55,601 nt of DNA, taken from positions 1 to 55,601 of IMG/VR virus record IMGVR_UViG_3300032291_000616; one strand, given 5' to 3'. The stretch comes from a virus. Its lineage: Duplodnaviria > Caudoviricetes. The notes under the pieces are model-generated. The model saw nothing but the letters and a program-made list of their open reading frames with translations, had not been told where the DNA came from and ran no database searches. A program made the translations under genes and the position numbers. Shown here one piece after another: positions 24,826 to 34,070 of this stretch (positions are counted from its first letter, which is position 1; the number at the start of each line of letters is the position of its first letter).

Positions 24826-25487
24826 TGGCTTTGATAGCGAAAGAAAGCGGCGGTGGAAGTTTTACCCCTGTGCCGCAGGGTATGCACCTCGCACGGTGCT
24901 ACAGGGTGGTTGATCTGGGCACCCAGAAGTCCGAGTACCTTGGAACCGTGAAGCACCTGCCAAAGGTGATGTTGCAGTTTGAAGTTCATGGCGAGGATGA
25001 GAACGGCAAAAAAATCGAAACGGCCAAAGGTGAGCCAATGTCGATCAGCAAGAACTTCACGCTGTCGTTGGCTGAGAAAGCCACCCTCCGCAAAGACTTG
25101 CAGACATGGCGTGGTCGTGAGTTCACCGCAGAAGAACTGCGCGGGTTCGAACTCAAAAACGTGTTGGGTGCATGGGCAATGATCTCCGTGATCAAAGCCG
25201 CCGGTACCAACGGCAAGGAGTACACCAACATTGCGGCAATCATGGCCGTGCCACCAGCCATCAAGAAGGCGGGTCTGCCAGAGGGCTTCAACGCTCTTGG
25301 CATCTTCTCGATTGATGAGCCTGACATGACCATGTTCGACACCTTCAGCGATGGCCTGAAGCAAAAAATTCAGGGTTCGCCTGAATGGCAAAACCGCTCT
25401 GGCGGTGATGCACAACGCCAGACTGGCGGTCAATCGAACGGAGGCGGCTCCGGCTTTGACGACATGGATGACGACATTCCTTTTTAA
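24822..25487 (+). CDS. Putative single-stranded DNA-binding protein (OB fold, acidic tail)
   Basis: G.H.ARCY..VDLGTQ, SL.EKA.LRKDL..WRG; Gly-rich linker and SSB-type C-terminus DDMDDDIPF. Confidence 0.75.
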   Translation: MMALIAKESGGGSFTPVPQGMHLARCYRVVDLGTQKSEYLGTVKHLPKVMLQFEVHGEDENGKKIETAKGEPMSISKNFTLSLAEKATLRKDLQTWRGREFTAEELRGFELKNVLGAWAMISVIKAAGTNGKEYTNIAAIMAVPPAIKKAGLPEGFNALGIFSIDEPDMTMFDTFSDGLKQKIQGSPEWQNRSGGDAQRQTGGQSNGGGSGFDDMDDDIPF

Positions 25488-25500
25488 TCTGGAGCAATAA

Positions 25501-25836
25501 ATGACTGCACGTTCTTTCAATGACACCATTGTGGCCCTGCGCTACGGCACCCTGCACGACGATCTGTCGACCGAGTTGAACAATCTTGTCGCCAAGGTTG
25601 CCAACACCATGAAGGGCGGCGAACTCGTTCTCAAACTCAAACTGAAGCCCGGTAAAGGCGGTCAGATTGAGATTGTTGACGACATCGTTGTCAAGGCACC
25701 CAAAGAAGAGAAGGGCACCTCGATCATGTTCGCAACACCTGAAGGCAACCTCACTCGCGAAGACCCCCGCCAAATGCAGATTGAAGGTCTGCGCTCGGTG
25801 GACATGGAAACTGGTGAACTCAAGAAGGTGGGCTGA
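25501..25836 (+). CDS. YfdP-like protein (usual partner of DUF2303)
   Basis: K.G.L.LKL..KP, F.TPEGNLTREDPRQ; directly upstream of DUF2303. Confidence 0.75.
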   Translation: MTARSFNDTIVALRYGTLHDDLSTELNNLVAKVANTMKGGELVLKLKLKPGKGGQIEIVDDIVVKAPKEEKGTSIMFATPEGNLTREDPRQMQIEGLRSVDMETGELKKVG

Positions 25837-25838
25837 TC

Positions 25839-26669
25839 ATGGCGTACGACGACGACACCCCCATCCACGACACTGAAGCGGCGCTGATCGCTGGTCAAAA
25901 CCTTGGTGATGCAAAGATCATCAACGGCCACCCTTATGCCATCGTGCCCGAAGGTTCAGCCTTCCGTGACCTCGAGGAACTGCTGACTGCGCCTCTGCGC
26001 CGCAAGGGGAATACCTCCCTGCGCGATGCTGAGTCGTTCTGCCGGTTTGTCTCCCAAGAGACCACCTCCAGCACTCGCATCTACGGCAACATCAAAGAAG
26101 GGCGCTTCCGTGCGGTCTTCAATGACAACCGTGGCGGCGAAGAAGAGGGTCTGCCTATCGCTGGCTGGCGCGACTACACCGCGACCTACACCTGCCCCCA
26201 ATCTGTTGAGTGGGCAACGTGGAAGGCCAAGAGCGGTCACCAAATGAATCAGGTGGCATTTGCCCAGTTCATCGAAGACAACTTGCCGGACATCGCCCAG
26301 CCGCCTGCGGCTGAGATGCTGGAGGTGTCGCGCACTCTCGAGGCGAAAAAGAAAGTCAACTTCGCGCAGGGCATTCGCTTGTCGAACGGCCAAAACGAAC
26401 TGACCTACGAAGAGCAGGTTGAGGGCACCGCAGGCAAAGGGAAGTTCAAGATTCCCGAAGAGTTCACCATCGGCATCCCGGTGCTAGAAGGTGGCCTGCG
26501 TTACGCGGTGCAGTGTCGTCTGCGCTATCGCATCGCTGATGGCGGTCAACTGACCATGTGGTACGAGATCATTCGTGCCCACAAGATCATGGAAGACGCC
26601 ATCAATGCGGTGTGGAAAGACATCGAAGAGAACACCGGCAAGAAAATTTTCAACGGCGACCCCGCCTAA
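25839..26669 (+). CDS. DUF2303 (YfdQ-like) protein
   Basis: S.EW..W.....M.Q..FA.FIEDN..DI, IPEEF.IGIPV..GG, RLRYR. Confidence 0.85.
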   Translation: MAYDDDTPIHDTEAALIAGQNLGDAKIINGHPYAIVPEGSAFRDLEELLTAPLRRKGNTSLRDAESFCRFVSQETTSSTRIYGNIKEGRFRAVFNDNRGGEEEGLPIAGWRDYTATYTCPQSVEWATWKAKSGHQMNQVAFAQFIEDNLPDIAQPPAAEMLEVSRTLEAKKKVNFAQGIRLSNGQNELTYEEQVEGTAGKGKFKIPEEFTIGIPVLEGGLRYAVQCRLRYRIADGGQLTMWYEIIRAHKIMEDAINAVWKDIEENTGKKIFNGDPA

Positions 26670-26685
26670 AAAAAGGAGAGCGGCA

Positions 26686-27054
26686 ATGGAAAACAAAGTG
26701 ACCCTCGAGTCCATCGTGCAAAAGATCGTCGGCGAGATGTACATCGTCCTGCCAGACGGTCGCACCACAGTTTGTATGCTGACCATGAAGAACGGCTACA
26801 CCATCAAAGGTCTGTCGGCCTGCGTGGATGCATCGAACTTCGACATGAACATCGGTCGCAAGATCGCGTTCGAAGACGCCATCCGGCAAATCTGGCCCCT
26901 TGAAGGCTACCTGCTGGCCGAGCGCCTCTTCTGGGAGCGTGCAGTGCCCGTGGCCTCAAACCCGCCTGAAGCACCTAAAAAAGTCCACTGGACTCAGACC
27001 CCTGAAGGCAAGAAAAAAATGGCCGCACGCAAGCGCAAAGGGGCAGGCAAATGA
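26686..27054 (+). CDS. N4 gp49/Sf6 gp66 family protein (Acb4-like putative anti-CBASS sponge)
   Basis: Start MENKVTLE; TTVC.L.MKNGY...G.SACVD..NFD..IG.KIA...A...IWPLEGYLL. Confidence 0.8.
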   Translation: MENKVTLESIVQKIVGEMYIVLPDGRTTVCMLTMKNGYTIKGLSACVDASNFDMNIGRKIAFEDAIRQIWPLEGYLLAERLFWERAVPVASNPPEAPKKVHWTQTPEGKKKMAARKRKGAGK

Positions 27055-27578
27055 AACGCTACCTCGGAACCAAGGAAATCAATGCCCGCCCCATGAGCCG
27101 TCAGGAATACAACGTCCTGCGCGGCTGGGAACTGCCATCGAATGAGAATGGCGCTGACCCCGGCTACCTCGTCGAATATCTCGACGGCGGATCACCAAAC
27201 CATCCTGACTTTCAGGGCTACATCTCGTGGTCGCCCGTTGGGGTGTTTGAGCGGGCCTACAAGCCTACCGACGGCATGACCTTCGGTTTGGCCCTCGAGT
27301 GCCTCAAACGTGGCCTCAAAGTGGCGCGGAAGGGCTGGAATGGCAAGGGGATGTGGCTATCCCTTTCTGGCGATGGATTCGCTGGCGAGACGCCACTGGT
27401 GCGCTACGTCGACCACGACAAGTTCTGGTCGAAGAACAACAGCGACTTCGCTGTCGAACAGGGTGGCTGTGCCAAAGTGTTGCCATGCATCACCATGAAA
27501 ACCGCAGACGACTGCATCCTCATGGGTTGGCTTGCATCTCAGTCCGATATGTTGGCTGAAGATTGGGTGGTGGTGTGA
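27051..27578 (+). CDS. DUF2829/Tad2-like sponge domain fused to an N-terminal GY..SWSP domain
   Basis: MTFGLALE.LK.G.KVAR.GWNGKGM...MKTAD.....W..SQ.DMLAEDW; N-terminal Y.GTK, GYLVEY.DG, YISWSP..VFE.AY. Confidence 0.85.
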   Translation: MKRYLGTKEINARPMSRQEYNVLRGWELPSNENGADPGYLVEYLDGGSPNHPDFQGYISWSPVGVFERAYKPTDGMTFGLALECLKRGLKVARKGWNGKGMWLSLSGDGFAGETPLVRYVDHDKFWSKNNSDFAVEQGGCAKVLPCITMKTADDCILMGWLASQSDMLAEDWVVV

Positions 27579-27745
27579 TGGACAGCATCGGCGGACTTCT
27601 GTTTGTCGCGTGGATCGGCCTTGCATGGCTGACCCATGTGATCACCTGCATCAGTGCTGGCAAGTGGCTCTTTCTGCTTGCTGGTGCCATCTTCTTCCCC
27701 ATCGGTTGCGTGCATGGCACCGGTGTTTGGTTTGGGATGTTCTGA
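27578..27745 (+). CDS. Small membrane protein
   Basis: 55 aa hydrophobic; AWLTHV..C, GAIFFPIG.VHG. Confidence 0.7.
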   Translation: MDSIGGLLFVAWIGLAWLTHVITCISAGKWLFLLAGAIFFPIGCVHGTGVWFGMF

Positions 27746-27957
27746 TGAAACCAACACCAAAACTGCGCTTTGTGCGCCGCGCTGTGCCAGACAAGACCTT
27801 TGGCGAAAACATCTCTGTCTACAAGCACATCCTCCAGCAATGGTGGGAAGACCCTAGTGTTGTACTGGCCGTGGTTCGGATCGGGCCAAACGGAATACCA
27901 ATCAACGAACACCCCGGTGAATGGCGCGACATACCAATTGAAGAGGAGAACACATGA
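27745..27957 (+). CDS. Hypothetical protein
   Basis: Start MKPTPKLRFV; ILQQWW, GEWRD.P. Confidence 0.7.
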   Translation: MKPTPKLRFVRRAVPDKTFGENISVYKHILQQWWEDPSVVLAVVRIGPNGIPINEHPGEWRDIPIEEENT

Positions 27958-28715
27958 GCATCACAGCAAAAGAGCCTCGCGCAAGCGAGAGCAACCACTG
28001 GTACACCCGCGACGGCGTGCCACGCTACACCGTGATCGGTGCGAACGGCAAGGAGCGCAACACCACCCTGCGTGACGCCCGCAAAGAGAGTCTGGTGCCC
28101 TCGGTCACCACGGTTCTCAACGTGGCCGCAAAGCCTGCTTTGAACCAGTGGCTACAGCGTCAGGTGCTGTTGGCCGCACTCACCCTGCCACGTCGCACCG
28201 ATGAGCCGGAGGATGATTGGATAGCCCGCATCATGGACGACTCGAAAGAGCAAGGACGCGCCGCCGCCGACCTCGGTACGGACATCCACGCTTCGATCCA
28301 GTCGTTCTATGAAGGCGTGCAGGCCGAGCGCCATCAGGAACACGTCCAAGGTTGCGTGGCCGCGTTGCAGACCCACTTTGGTCATCAAGGCTGGATCGCC
28401 GAGCGTGCATTCGCTCACGAGATTGGCTTCGGTGGCAAGGTTGACTTGCACGCACAAAACATCGTGGCCGACGTCAAGACCAAGGACTTCACCGACCCCG
28501 ACAAGATCGATGCGTACGACGACCACCTCATGCAGTTGTCGGCCTACCGCGTTGGTCTGGGGATGCCCACAGCACGTTGCGCGAACGTCTTCGTCTCACG
28601 CAGTGTGCCCGGTCTGGTAAAAATCATCGAGTGGGATCAAGAAGACCTCGAGCGCGGGTGGCAGATGTTTCATGCACTGCTCACCTTTTGGCAAACAAAA
28701 AACAAGCACAAGTGA
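27954..28715 (+). CDS. PD-(D/E)XK exonuclease-like protein
   Basis: PSVTTVL, GT.IH, E.......GFGGKVDL, D.KT, QL.AY. Confidence 0.85.
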   Translation: MSITAKEPRASESNHWYTRDGVPRYTVIGANGKERNTTLRDARKESLVPSVTTVLNVAAKPALNQWLQRQVLLAALTLPRRTDEPEDDWIARIMDDSKEQGRAAADLGTDIHASIQSFYEGVQAERHQEHVQGCVAALQTHFGHQGWIAERAFAHEIGFGGKVDLHAQNIVADVKTKDFTDPDKIDAYDDHLMQLSAYRVGLGMPTARCANVFVSRSVPGLVKIIEWDQEDLERGWQMFHALLTFWQTKNKHK

Positions 28716-28717
28716 TC

Positions 28718-28930
28718 ATGGAACAAGTCAAGGCATTCAAAACCAGTGACGGCACATTGTTTGACACCGCTGAACAGGCTGAAAAACACGAGATGTTTCT
28801 CAAGCACTCGAACGTGGTCGAGGAATTCCTTGACAGCGAACTCAGCCCTTACAGCGGGCCACAACGTGTGATCGCACGCAACTCAATCATCAACTGGGAA
28901 CTCTGGAAGACAAAAAATGGAAATCAGTGA
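28718..28930 (+). CDS. Hypothetical protein
   Basis: Start MEQVKAFKTSDG.LFDT...A..HE. Confidence 0.7.
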   Translation: MEQVKAFKTSDGTLFDTAEQAEKHEMFLKHSNVVEEFLDSELSPYSGPQRVIARNSIINWELWKTKNGNQ

Positions 28931-29141
28931 AGAACTCGTCAAGCAAATCTTCTTTCAAAGCGACCGTCCCCGCAAGGATGCGGTGCTGGCCGATGAAGTC
29001 GACATCGTGCAGTTCGCCAATAATGTGATCGCGGTCACCCGCTCCGAGATCGCAAAGGCCGAACACCAGCGGTGCGTGAAGATCGTCAATGACATGAACC
29101 CCGAGGTCGCCCGCGCCCTCAACAATCAGAGACCAAAATGA
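28917..29141 (+). CDS. Hypothetical protein
   Basis: 74-aa ORF overlapping neighbours. Confidence 0.7.
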   Translation: MEISEELVKQIFFQSDRPRKDAVLADEVDIVQFANNVIAVTRSEIAKAEHQRCVKIVNDMNPEVARALNNQRPK

Positions 29142-29371
29142 TCCTGTATCAAGCCCTCTCGAAAGACGCTGACGGCAACCTTGAGATCGATATGAAGGTG
29201 CTACACCAGATGGCACACGCATACGACGAGGGAGCCAAGAGCGATGAATGCCTGCTGGCAAAGTTCATCGTCTCAGCGTTCCAGTGTGGGTTTGATGCTG
29301 GCGTTGCGGAGGCCGAAGAGAATCATCGCAGGACGGCTGTCTTGATGATGTGTACCGGAGGCACCGCATAA
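29138..29371 (+). CDS. Hypothetical protein
   Basis: 77 aa; ATGA overlap; last plus-strand gene. Confidence 0.65.
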   Translation: MILYQALSKDADGNLEIDMKVLHQMAHAYDEGAKSDECLLAKFIVSAFQCGFDAGVAEAEENHRRTAVLMMCTGGTA

Positions 29372-29394
29372 AAAAAGACCCCGCCGAAGCGGGG
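29370..29394 (-). terminator. Intrinsic terminator of late operon at the convergence point
   Basis: CCCCGC-TTCG-GCGGGG-TC-TTTTTTT on minus strand. Confidence 0.75.
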
Positions 29395-29425
29395 CCAAGA
29401 GGAGAGCGGCAACTGCTCCTAAACT

Positions 29426-31120
29426 TCATTCTTCCGGTTGGGGTTCCCCTTTGAGGGCACGATACCCTTCGTAGGCCGCAAGGCCAGCCCCACCGACTGT
29501 TCCCAGCCCGCGCAGGGCCAGCAAAATCGGATGGGCAGGGGGTAGCATAGACATCACCCCGAAAGTCGCCTCCAGCGTGGACAGAACCGCCCCGCTGATG
29601 TCGCCCTTCTTGTATCGATCAATCGCCTCAGCGGCAGACATACCGGTCGCGGCACCGGAAATCACACCCAGAGCCTTCGGCGCGACCTTTGCGGTTGCGG
29701 CACCGACCTTTGCCAGTCCACCCGGCTGGGCATCCTTGGCACGCTGTGCGGCTTCTGCGGCGACGTTGGCGGCAGATTGGGCGCGATCCACAGCCCCTTG
29801 CTGGGTACGGGCGGCACGAGCGGCTTGATCAGCCTGCTGGCGGGCTTCTCCGGCCTGCTGGCGGGCACGACGGGCCGCTTCCACACGTTGCTGGGCGGCG
29901 ATGCGACGAGCCTCTTCTTGCTGGGCCAGTCTGGTTCGCTCGGCGGCTTCACGGGCCTGACGCTCGGCCAGTTCCCGCTCCATGGTCACAGAACGCTCAC
30001 CAGCCAGTTCTGGCGGGAGCATCAGTTGGCCTTTGCCTTGCCCGCTCAACTTGTAGTCACCGGCACCGAGTTGCTGGATTTTCTGCTTCGCGGCCACATC
30101 CCGGTCGATGATGGCTTGACCACCTCGGGGGTTATCCTTCCTCATGTTCTCGGCAGTCTCAGCGATGACGTCAGGCACATCCTGACCCATGGCCCTGACC
30201 CAGTTGGCCGCGCCAGACGATCCGGGAACCTTACGGCTTGCGCCAGCAACGTCCTCAACCACCTCAGTGGCGGCTGTTGCGGCAGAAGGCGCTGGCGTGG
30301 CCCGGGTGGTTGCACGCAGTTCTTCTTGAGCAAAGCGCAACTCTTCGGCGGCTTGATTGGCGGCGGTTTGACGCATCCGCAGTTCATTCTCGAGGTCACC
30401 AACAGACACGCCGGGGCCGCGAGACTGAACCTCACGCAGGCGGTCTTGAGCAACACGCAGGCGCTCTTGAGCGGCCTCAAGTTTTGGGGTTGTAGGTAGC
30501 GTGGTGTGCTGTGCAATCTTGCCCGCAACCAGACCAGCGCCAGCGCCAGCAAGCGCGGCGTCTTCCTTGTTGACGATGGCGGCTTGCTCAACAGGAGCAG
30601 GTGCAGGTTCGCTTGCAATCCGCTCACCCTCAGTCGGGCCGGTGCCGAACGGATTGTCTTCGGGCTTCATCGACTCAAGTCGAGCGTTGACCAAAGAGTA
30701 AGCGTTGCGAACTGCTGGGCCGTAGTCTTCTGCGCTGGCGTAGGAGCCGCGTACGCCTTGGCTCAAGCCGGTGGTGAATGCGTCAACATCAGAGCCGGTA
30801 CCAATCGCCTTGGGGTACAAACGCTTCATGAAGTCCACGTAGTACGCGGCAAAGGTTTCAGGGTCTTCAAACTTGATGTAGGCGTCGTTCGACTTTTCTT
30901 TTTTGTCGTACGCTTTCACGCCTGCGCCACTGAAGTCCTTGATGTTGCCGAGGTTGTAGGTGCCCGGGATCACACTCTTTCCCCAGCCGGTTTCAAGGCC
31001 AAACTTGGCAAGAATGATCTTTGGGTCGACGCCCAGTTCCTCACCGATTTTTTGTGAGATTGGGCCGTACTCTTGAATGAATGCTGTGGCGTCTCCGCCC
31101 TTTTTGTTCTCGGCCATCAC
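29426..31120 (-). CDS. Virion-associated peptidoglycan hydrolase (GH73/FlgJ-like) ejection protein
   Basis: N-terminal A...LETGWGKS.....NLGNIK...YAS..DY; coiled coil; hydrophobic C-terminal helices. Confidence 0.8.
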   Translation of the reverse strand: MMAENKKGGDATAFIQEYGPISQKIGEELGVDPKIILAKFGLETGWGKSVIPGTYNLGNIKDFSGAGVKAYDKKEKSNDAYIKFEDPETFAAYYVDFMKRLYPKAIGTGSDVDAFTTGLSQGVRGSYASAEDYGPAVRNAYSLVNARLESMKPEDNPFGTGPTEGERIASEPAPAPVEQAAIVNKEDAALAGAGAGLVAGKIAQHTTLPTTPKLEAAQERLRVAQDRLREVQSRGPGVSVGDLENELRMRQTAANQAAEELRFAQEELRATTRATPAPSAATAATEVVEDVAGASRKVPGSSGAANWVRAMGQDVPDVIAETAENMRKDNPRGGQAIIDRDVAAKQKIQQLGAGDYKLSGQGKGQLMLPPELAGERSVTMERELAERQAREAAERTRLAQQEEARRIAAQQRVEAARRARQQAGEARQQADQAARAARTQQGAVDRAQSAANVAAEAAQRAKDAQPGGLAKVGAATAKVAPKALGVISGAATGMSAAEAIDRYKKGDISGAVLSTLEATFGVMSMLPPAHPILLALRGLGTVGGAGLAAYEGYRALKGEPQPEE

Positions 31121-33060
31121 TCACCTGCTTTCTTTGTGCGAACGGTGCCATCGACATCGACGTACAAGCCGCCCACCGGCACATTCTTGAACGCCGCATC
31201 TTCCCTGCTCTTTATGCGAGGAGGGCCAGCGGATGGCGTGGCCGCAGGAGCGGATGACTTGGCTGGTGCCGCAGGAGCCGCAGGTGCTGTCGGCTTCTTC
31301 TCTTCCTTGCCTTTTGGTGAGGTGCGGAACAACTCAGCGTTGGACTTCTGCATTTGACCCAGACGTGCGTCGTAGGCATTGTTGATGCGATCAAGTTCAT
31401 CAGACGCCAAGAAGTCTCGGTACGAGTTCTCGGGGTTCTTGCTGAAGCGGTTCCATGCCTTGAACACCTCTTGGTCGTACTTACCCTTCATCTCGATGAA
31501 CTCAGACTTCAGGCGGATCACACGAGCAGTGTCGGTTGGCATCGCGCCCAATGCGGCATACAGGTCGCCTTCGCGCTCGGTCGTTGCGCCTTCACCCGGC
31601 ACACGAGCGGCCTTGCGGAACTGCACGGTGAGGTTCGCATACTCACGAGCAAACATTTGAAGAGCCTCGCGGTCTTCTTTAGACAACTTGTACGAAGCCA
31701 ACTCGCTTGATGGAATCGAGATCGATCCAAAGTTGCCAGCCTGAATGCCCTTCTGTGCAGAACGCATCACAGCGGCGGCAATACCGTCGTCGTTCATCAG
31801 GTCGAACGCACGCTTGTTGCTTGTGGCAAGTTCACGCATACCGCGTGCGGTGTTGACCAACTCACGCGACGCAGTGAAGTTCGTGTCCAGACGACCGATC
31901 TGCTCTTTCTCTTGTTGCACCTGCGCCTTGCCGCGCTCGGTAGTGATGTCCTGTCTCTGCTTGCGCTCCTCGACAGTGAGAGGCCTATCGCCACCGGTGG
32001 TGGGCTTCTCGCCGGGTTTGCCTTCTGTGGGTGCCTCGCCGGGTCTACCTTCAGCAGGAGTAGATGGCTTGCCCTCGAGCCAGCCGCGACGCTTGAACCA
32101 ATCAATTTCAAGGTTCGGGTTCTGTTCGGCAACAGCACGCTCGTGGGTCTTCTTCCACTCTTCGTAAATCGAGTACGGCACCTTCTTCGTGCCAATGTAA
32201 CGACCAAAGTCAACCTCGACGATCTTGTCGCCGGACTGTGGCAGGAATTGCTGACGACTGCGAGAGTACGGGCCTTCCGGTGTGGAGATGATGTCCTCGC
32301 GTTGCATCTTGGCAATCTCGGCCAACTCTTTGCCGTACTTGCCTGACGGATCGAGCAGGTACGCCTCCTCGATGTCCTTGTCGGTGATGAGCGCCTGCTG
32401 ACGGGGTGCGCCAGTCGACATGACTGGAGATGTGGGGGCGGCACCAGCAGGGCCAGCGACAGGGCCACGAGCAGGAGCGCCGCCAGCGGGAGCGCCTCCG
32501 GCAGGGGCACCACCAGCCGCAGGGCCACCCACAGGCCCGCCTACGGGGCCACCAGCGGGGCCAGAAGGCATACCGGGCATACCAGCACCCAGACGGGTTG
32601 CTCGGTGGCCCAAAATCGCGCCTTGCTGGGATAGGTCATACATCTTCTGCTGGAGTTCCATCTCCATCTTGTTTGCGGCTTGCTTACGCGCAAACTGCTT
32701 CTCCGCCTCGCTCGACATACCCTCAGCGGCATACCCAAGCGATTCGCCAAACGAGCCGGTTTTGGTTGGCTTTAGGAAGCCAGCCGCCGCCGCCATCATG
32801 GTTGGATCAAACGGCAAACCCATGCGGGTGTCGAGGCTCGACTTCAGACGCTGGGCGGTCGCATTGAGCGCCTCACGTTGTGCCTGCAACTCACGCAGTG
32901 ACTTTGACAAATAATCTTCTGGCGCAGGCGCTTGCTCCTGCTCCATGCCGGAGGCGCGTGCCGCCAGATTCTCTTGCTTGGGAGGCTGTGCCGGTGCGGC
33001 AGGTGCGGCAGGCCGAGCCTGATTGAGTCCGCCGACGGGTGCCTGTTGTGGTTGTGCCAT
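31117..33060 (-). CDS. Putative internal virion (ejection) protein
   Basis: 647 aa; AAGFLKPTKTGSFGESLG, Pro/Gly-rich repeats, helical C-terminal half; position in the ejection cluster. Confidence 0.65.
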   Translation of the reverse strand: MAQPQQAPVGGLNQARPAAPAAPAQPPKQENLAARASGMEQEQAPAPEDYLSKSLRELQAQREALNATAQRLKSSLDTRMGLPFDPTMMAAAAGFLKPTKTGSFGESLGYAAEGMSSEAEKQFARKQAANKMEMELQQKMYDLSQQGAILGHRATRLGAGMPGMPSGPAGGPVGGPVGGPAAGGAPAGGAPAGGAPARGPVAGPAGAAPTSPVMSTGAPRQQALITDKDIEEAYLLDPSGKYGKELAEIAKMQREDIISTPEGPYSRSRQQFLPQSGDKIVEVDFGRYIGTKKVPYSIYEEWKKTHERAVAEQNPNLEIDWFKRRGWLEGKPSTPAEGRPGEAPTEGKPGEKPTTGGDRPLTVEERKQRQDITTERGKAQVQQEKEQIGRLDTNFTASRELVNTARGMRELATSNKRAFDLMNDDGIAAAVMRSAQKGIQAGNFGSISIPSSELASYKLSKEDREALQMFAREYANLTVQFRKAARVPGEGATTEREGDLYAALGAMPTDTARVIRLKSEFIEMKGKYDQEVFKAWNRFSKNPENSYRDFLASDELDRINNAYDARLGQMQKSNAELFRTSPKGKEEKKPTAPAAPAAPAKSSAPAATPSAGPPRIKSREDAAFKNVPVGGLYVDVDGTVRTKKAGE

Positions 33061-33073
33061 CTTTTACTCCGCC

Positions 33074-34069
33074 TTATCGGACACGGCCACCAACACGGTA
33101 GCCTTGTCCTTTGTGTGTGACTGACATCGGTGTGCGACGAATGACACCGCCTTTGGCTTTGCCACGGGTTGCCGCCTCCGCTTGTGCGTTTTTGAGTGCG
33201 ATGTCCGCATTCAATTGATCGATCTGAGCCGCAGTCAATGCAGACTTGTCGTTGGTGTTCGCGGAGAACGAGCCAATAGCCGTGAGCAGGCCAGCAATCT
33301 GTGACAGCGGGCTGTTTGAGAACGCGCCCGGTGCCACTGTCTGCTTGACGTCGCCCGTTGGAATTTGGTAACCCTGCATGAGTTTGGAGAAGGCCTGCGC
33401 CTGCGCCATGGGGTAATCCAAAACCTTCTGACCCAAAGCCTGCTCTTGTGAGCCATAGTCGTACATCGACTTCAAGCCGCCAAGACCAAGTTGCTGTTGC
33501 TCTTGACCCAGCGTGGTGAACGAGCGGCCAGCCTCAAGAGCGCGTTGCAAATCGGTTTGCGCGGCTTTGGTGGCAGTGTCGTAGCCAGACTGAAGGAACT
33601 GGCCTTGTTTGCCCAGCAAATCAGCCTGCAAGTCACGCATCACGTTACCGGTGATCTGCTGTTGACGGCGTGAGCCAAACTGGCCCGTTCCAATCGCCGC
33701 GCCACCGAGGTTCGGAAGGACGTTCTCGCGAATGTTGCGCTGTTGCAGACGACCCATCTCATCCACCACAGAGCGGGTGTACGGGTTCATGTAGTCAGCA
33801 ACCACATCAGGCGCAGTTGTCGCACCAGCCTCGCCCATCAATTGCGATGCGGCACCCAAAGAGCCTGCGCCAGAGAAGGCCACGTCGGGAACCATCTGGA
33901 GGGCTTGTTGTTGCAACGGCGAAAAGCCAGCGATGCCACCTTGGGTGACAGCACTCTGGCCGAGGTTCGCAATGTCCTGAAGATAGTTGGTGTAAAACTC
34001 TGGCGCAACTTGTTGCGACTCAGTTGTTGTGGTTCCGTAAATCGGATCGCCTTGAAATAGTCCAGCCAT
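33074..34069 (-). CDS. Putative internal virion (DNA transfer) protein
   Basis: 331 aa Gln/Gly/Ala-rich; IAGFSPLQQQA, YMNPY...V, GQFGSRR. Confidence 0.7.
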   Translation of the reverse strand: MAGLFQGDPIYGTTTTESQQVAPEFYTNYLQDIANLGQSAVTQGGIAGFSPLQQQALQMVPDVAFSGAGSLGAASQLMGEAGATTAPDVVADYMNPYTRSVVDEMGRLQQRNIRENVLPNLGGAAIGTGQFGSRRQQQITGNVMRDLQADLLGKQGQFLQSGYDTATKAAQTDLQRALEAGRSFTTLGQEQQQLGLGGLKSMYDYGSQEQALGQKVLDYPMAQAQAFSKLMQGYQIPTGDVKQTVAPGAFSNSPLSQIAGLLTAIGSFSANTNDKSALTAAQIDQLNADIALKNAQAEAATRGKAKGGVIRRTPMSVTHKGQGYRVGGRVR

Positions 34070-34070
34070 T

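Noticed and set aside
24789-25529. 246-aa minus-strand ORF that could be a repressor
   Set aside because: Antisense shadow of the SSB-like gene; no HTH or peptidase motif
27954-28715. Cas4 / CRISPR system
   Set aside because: No four-Cys Fe-S pattern, no other cas genes and no repeat-spacer array; an ordinary phage PD-(D/E)XK nuclease
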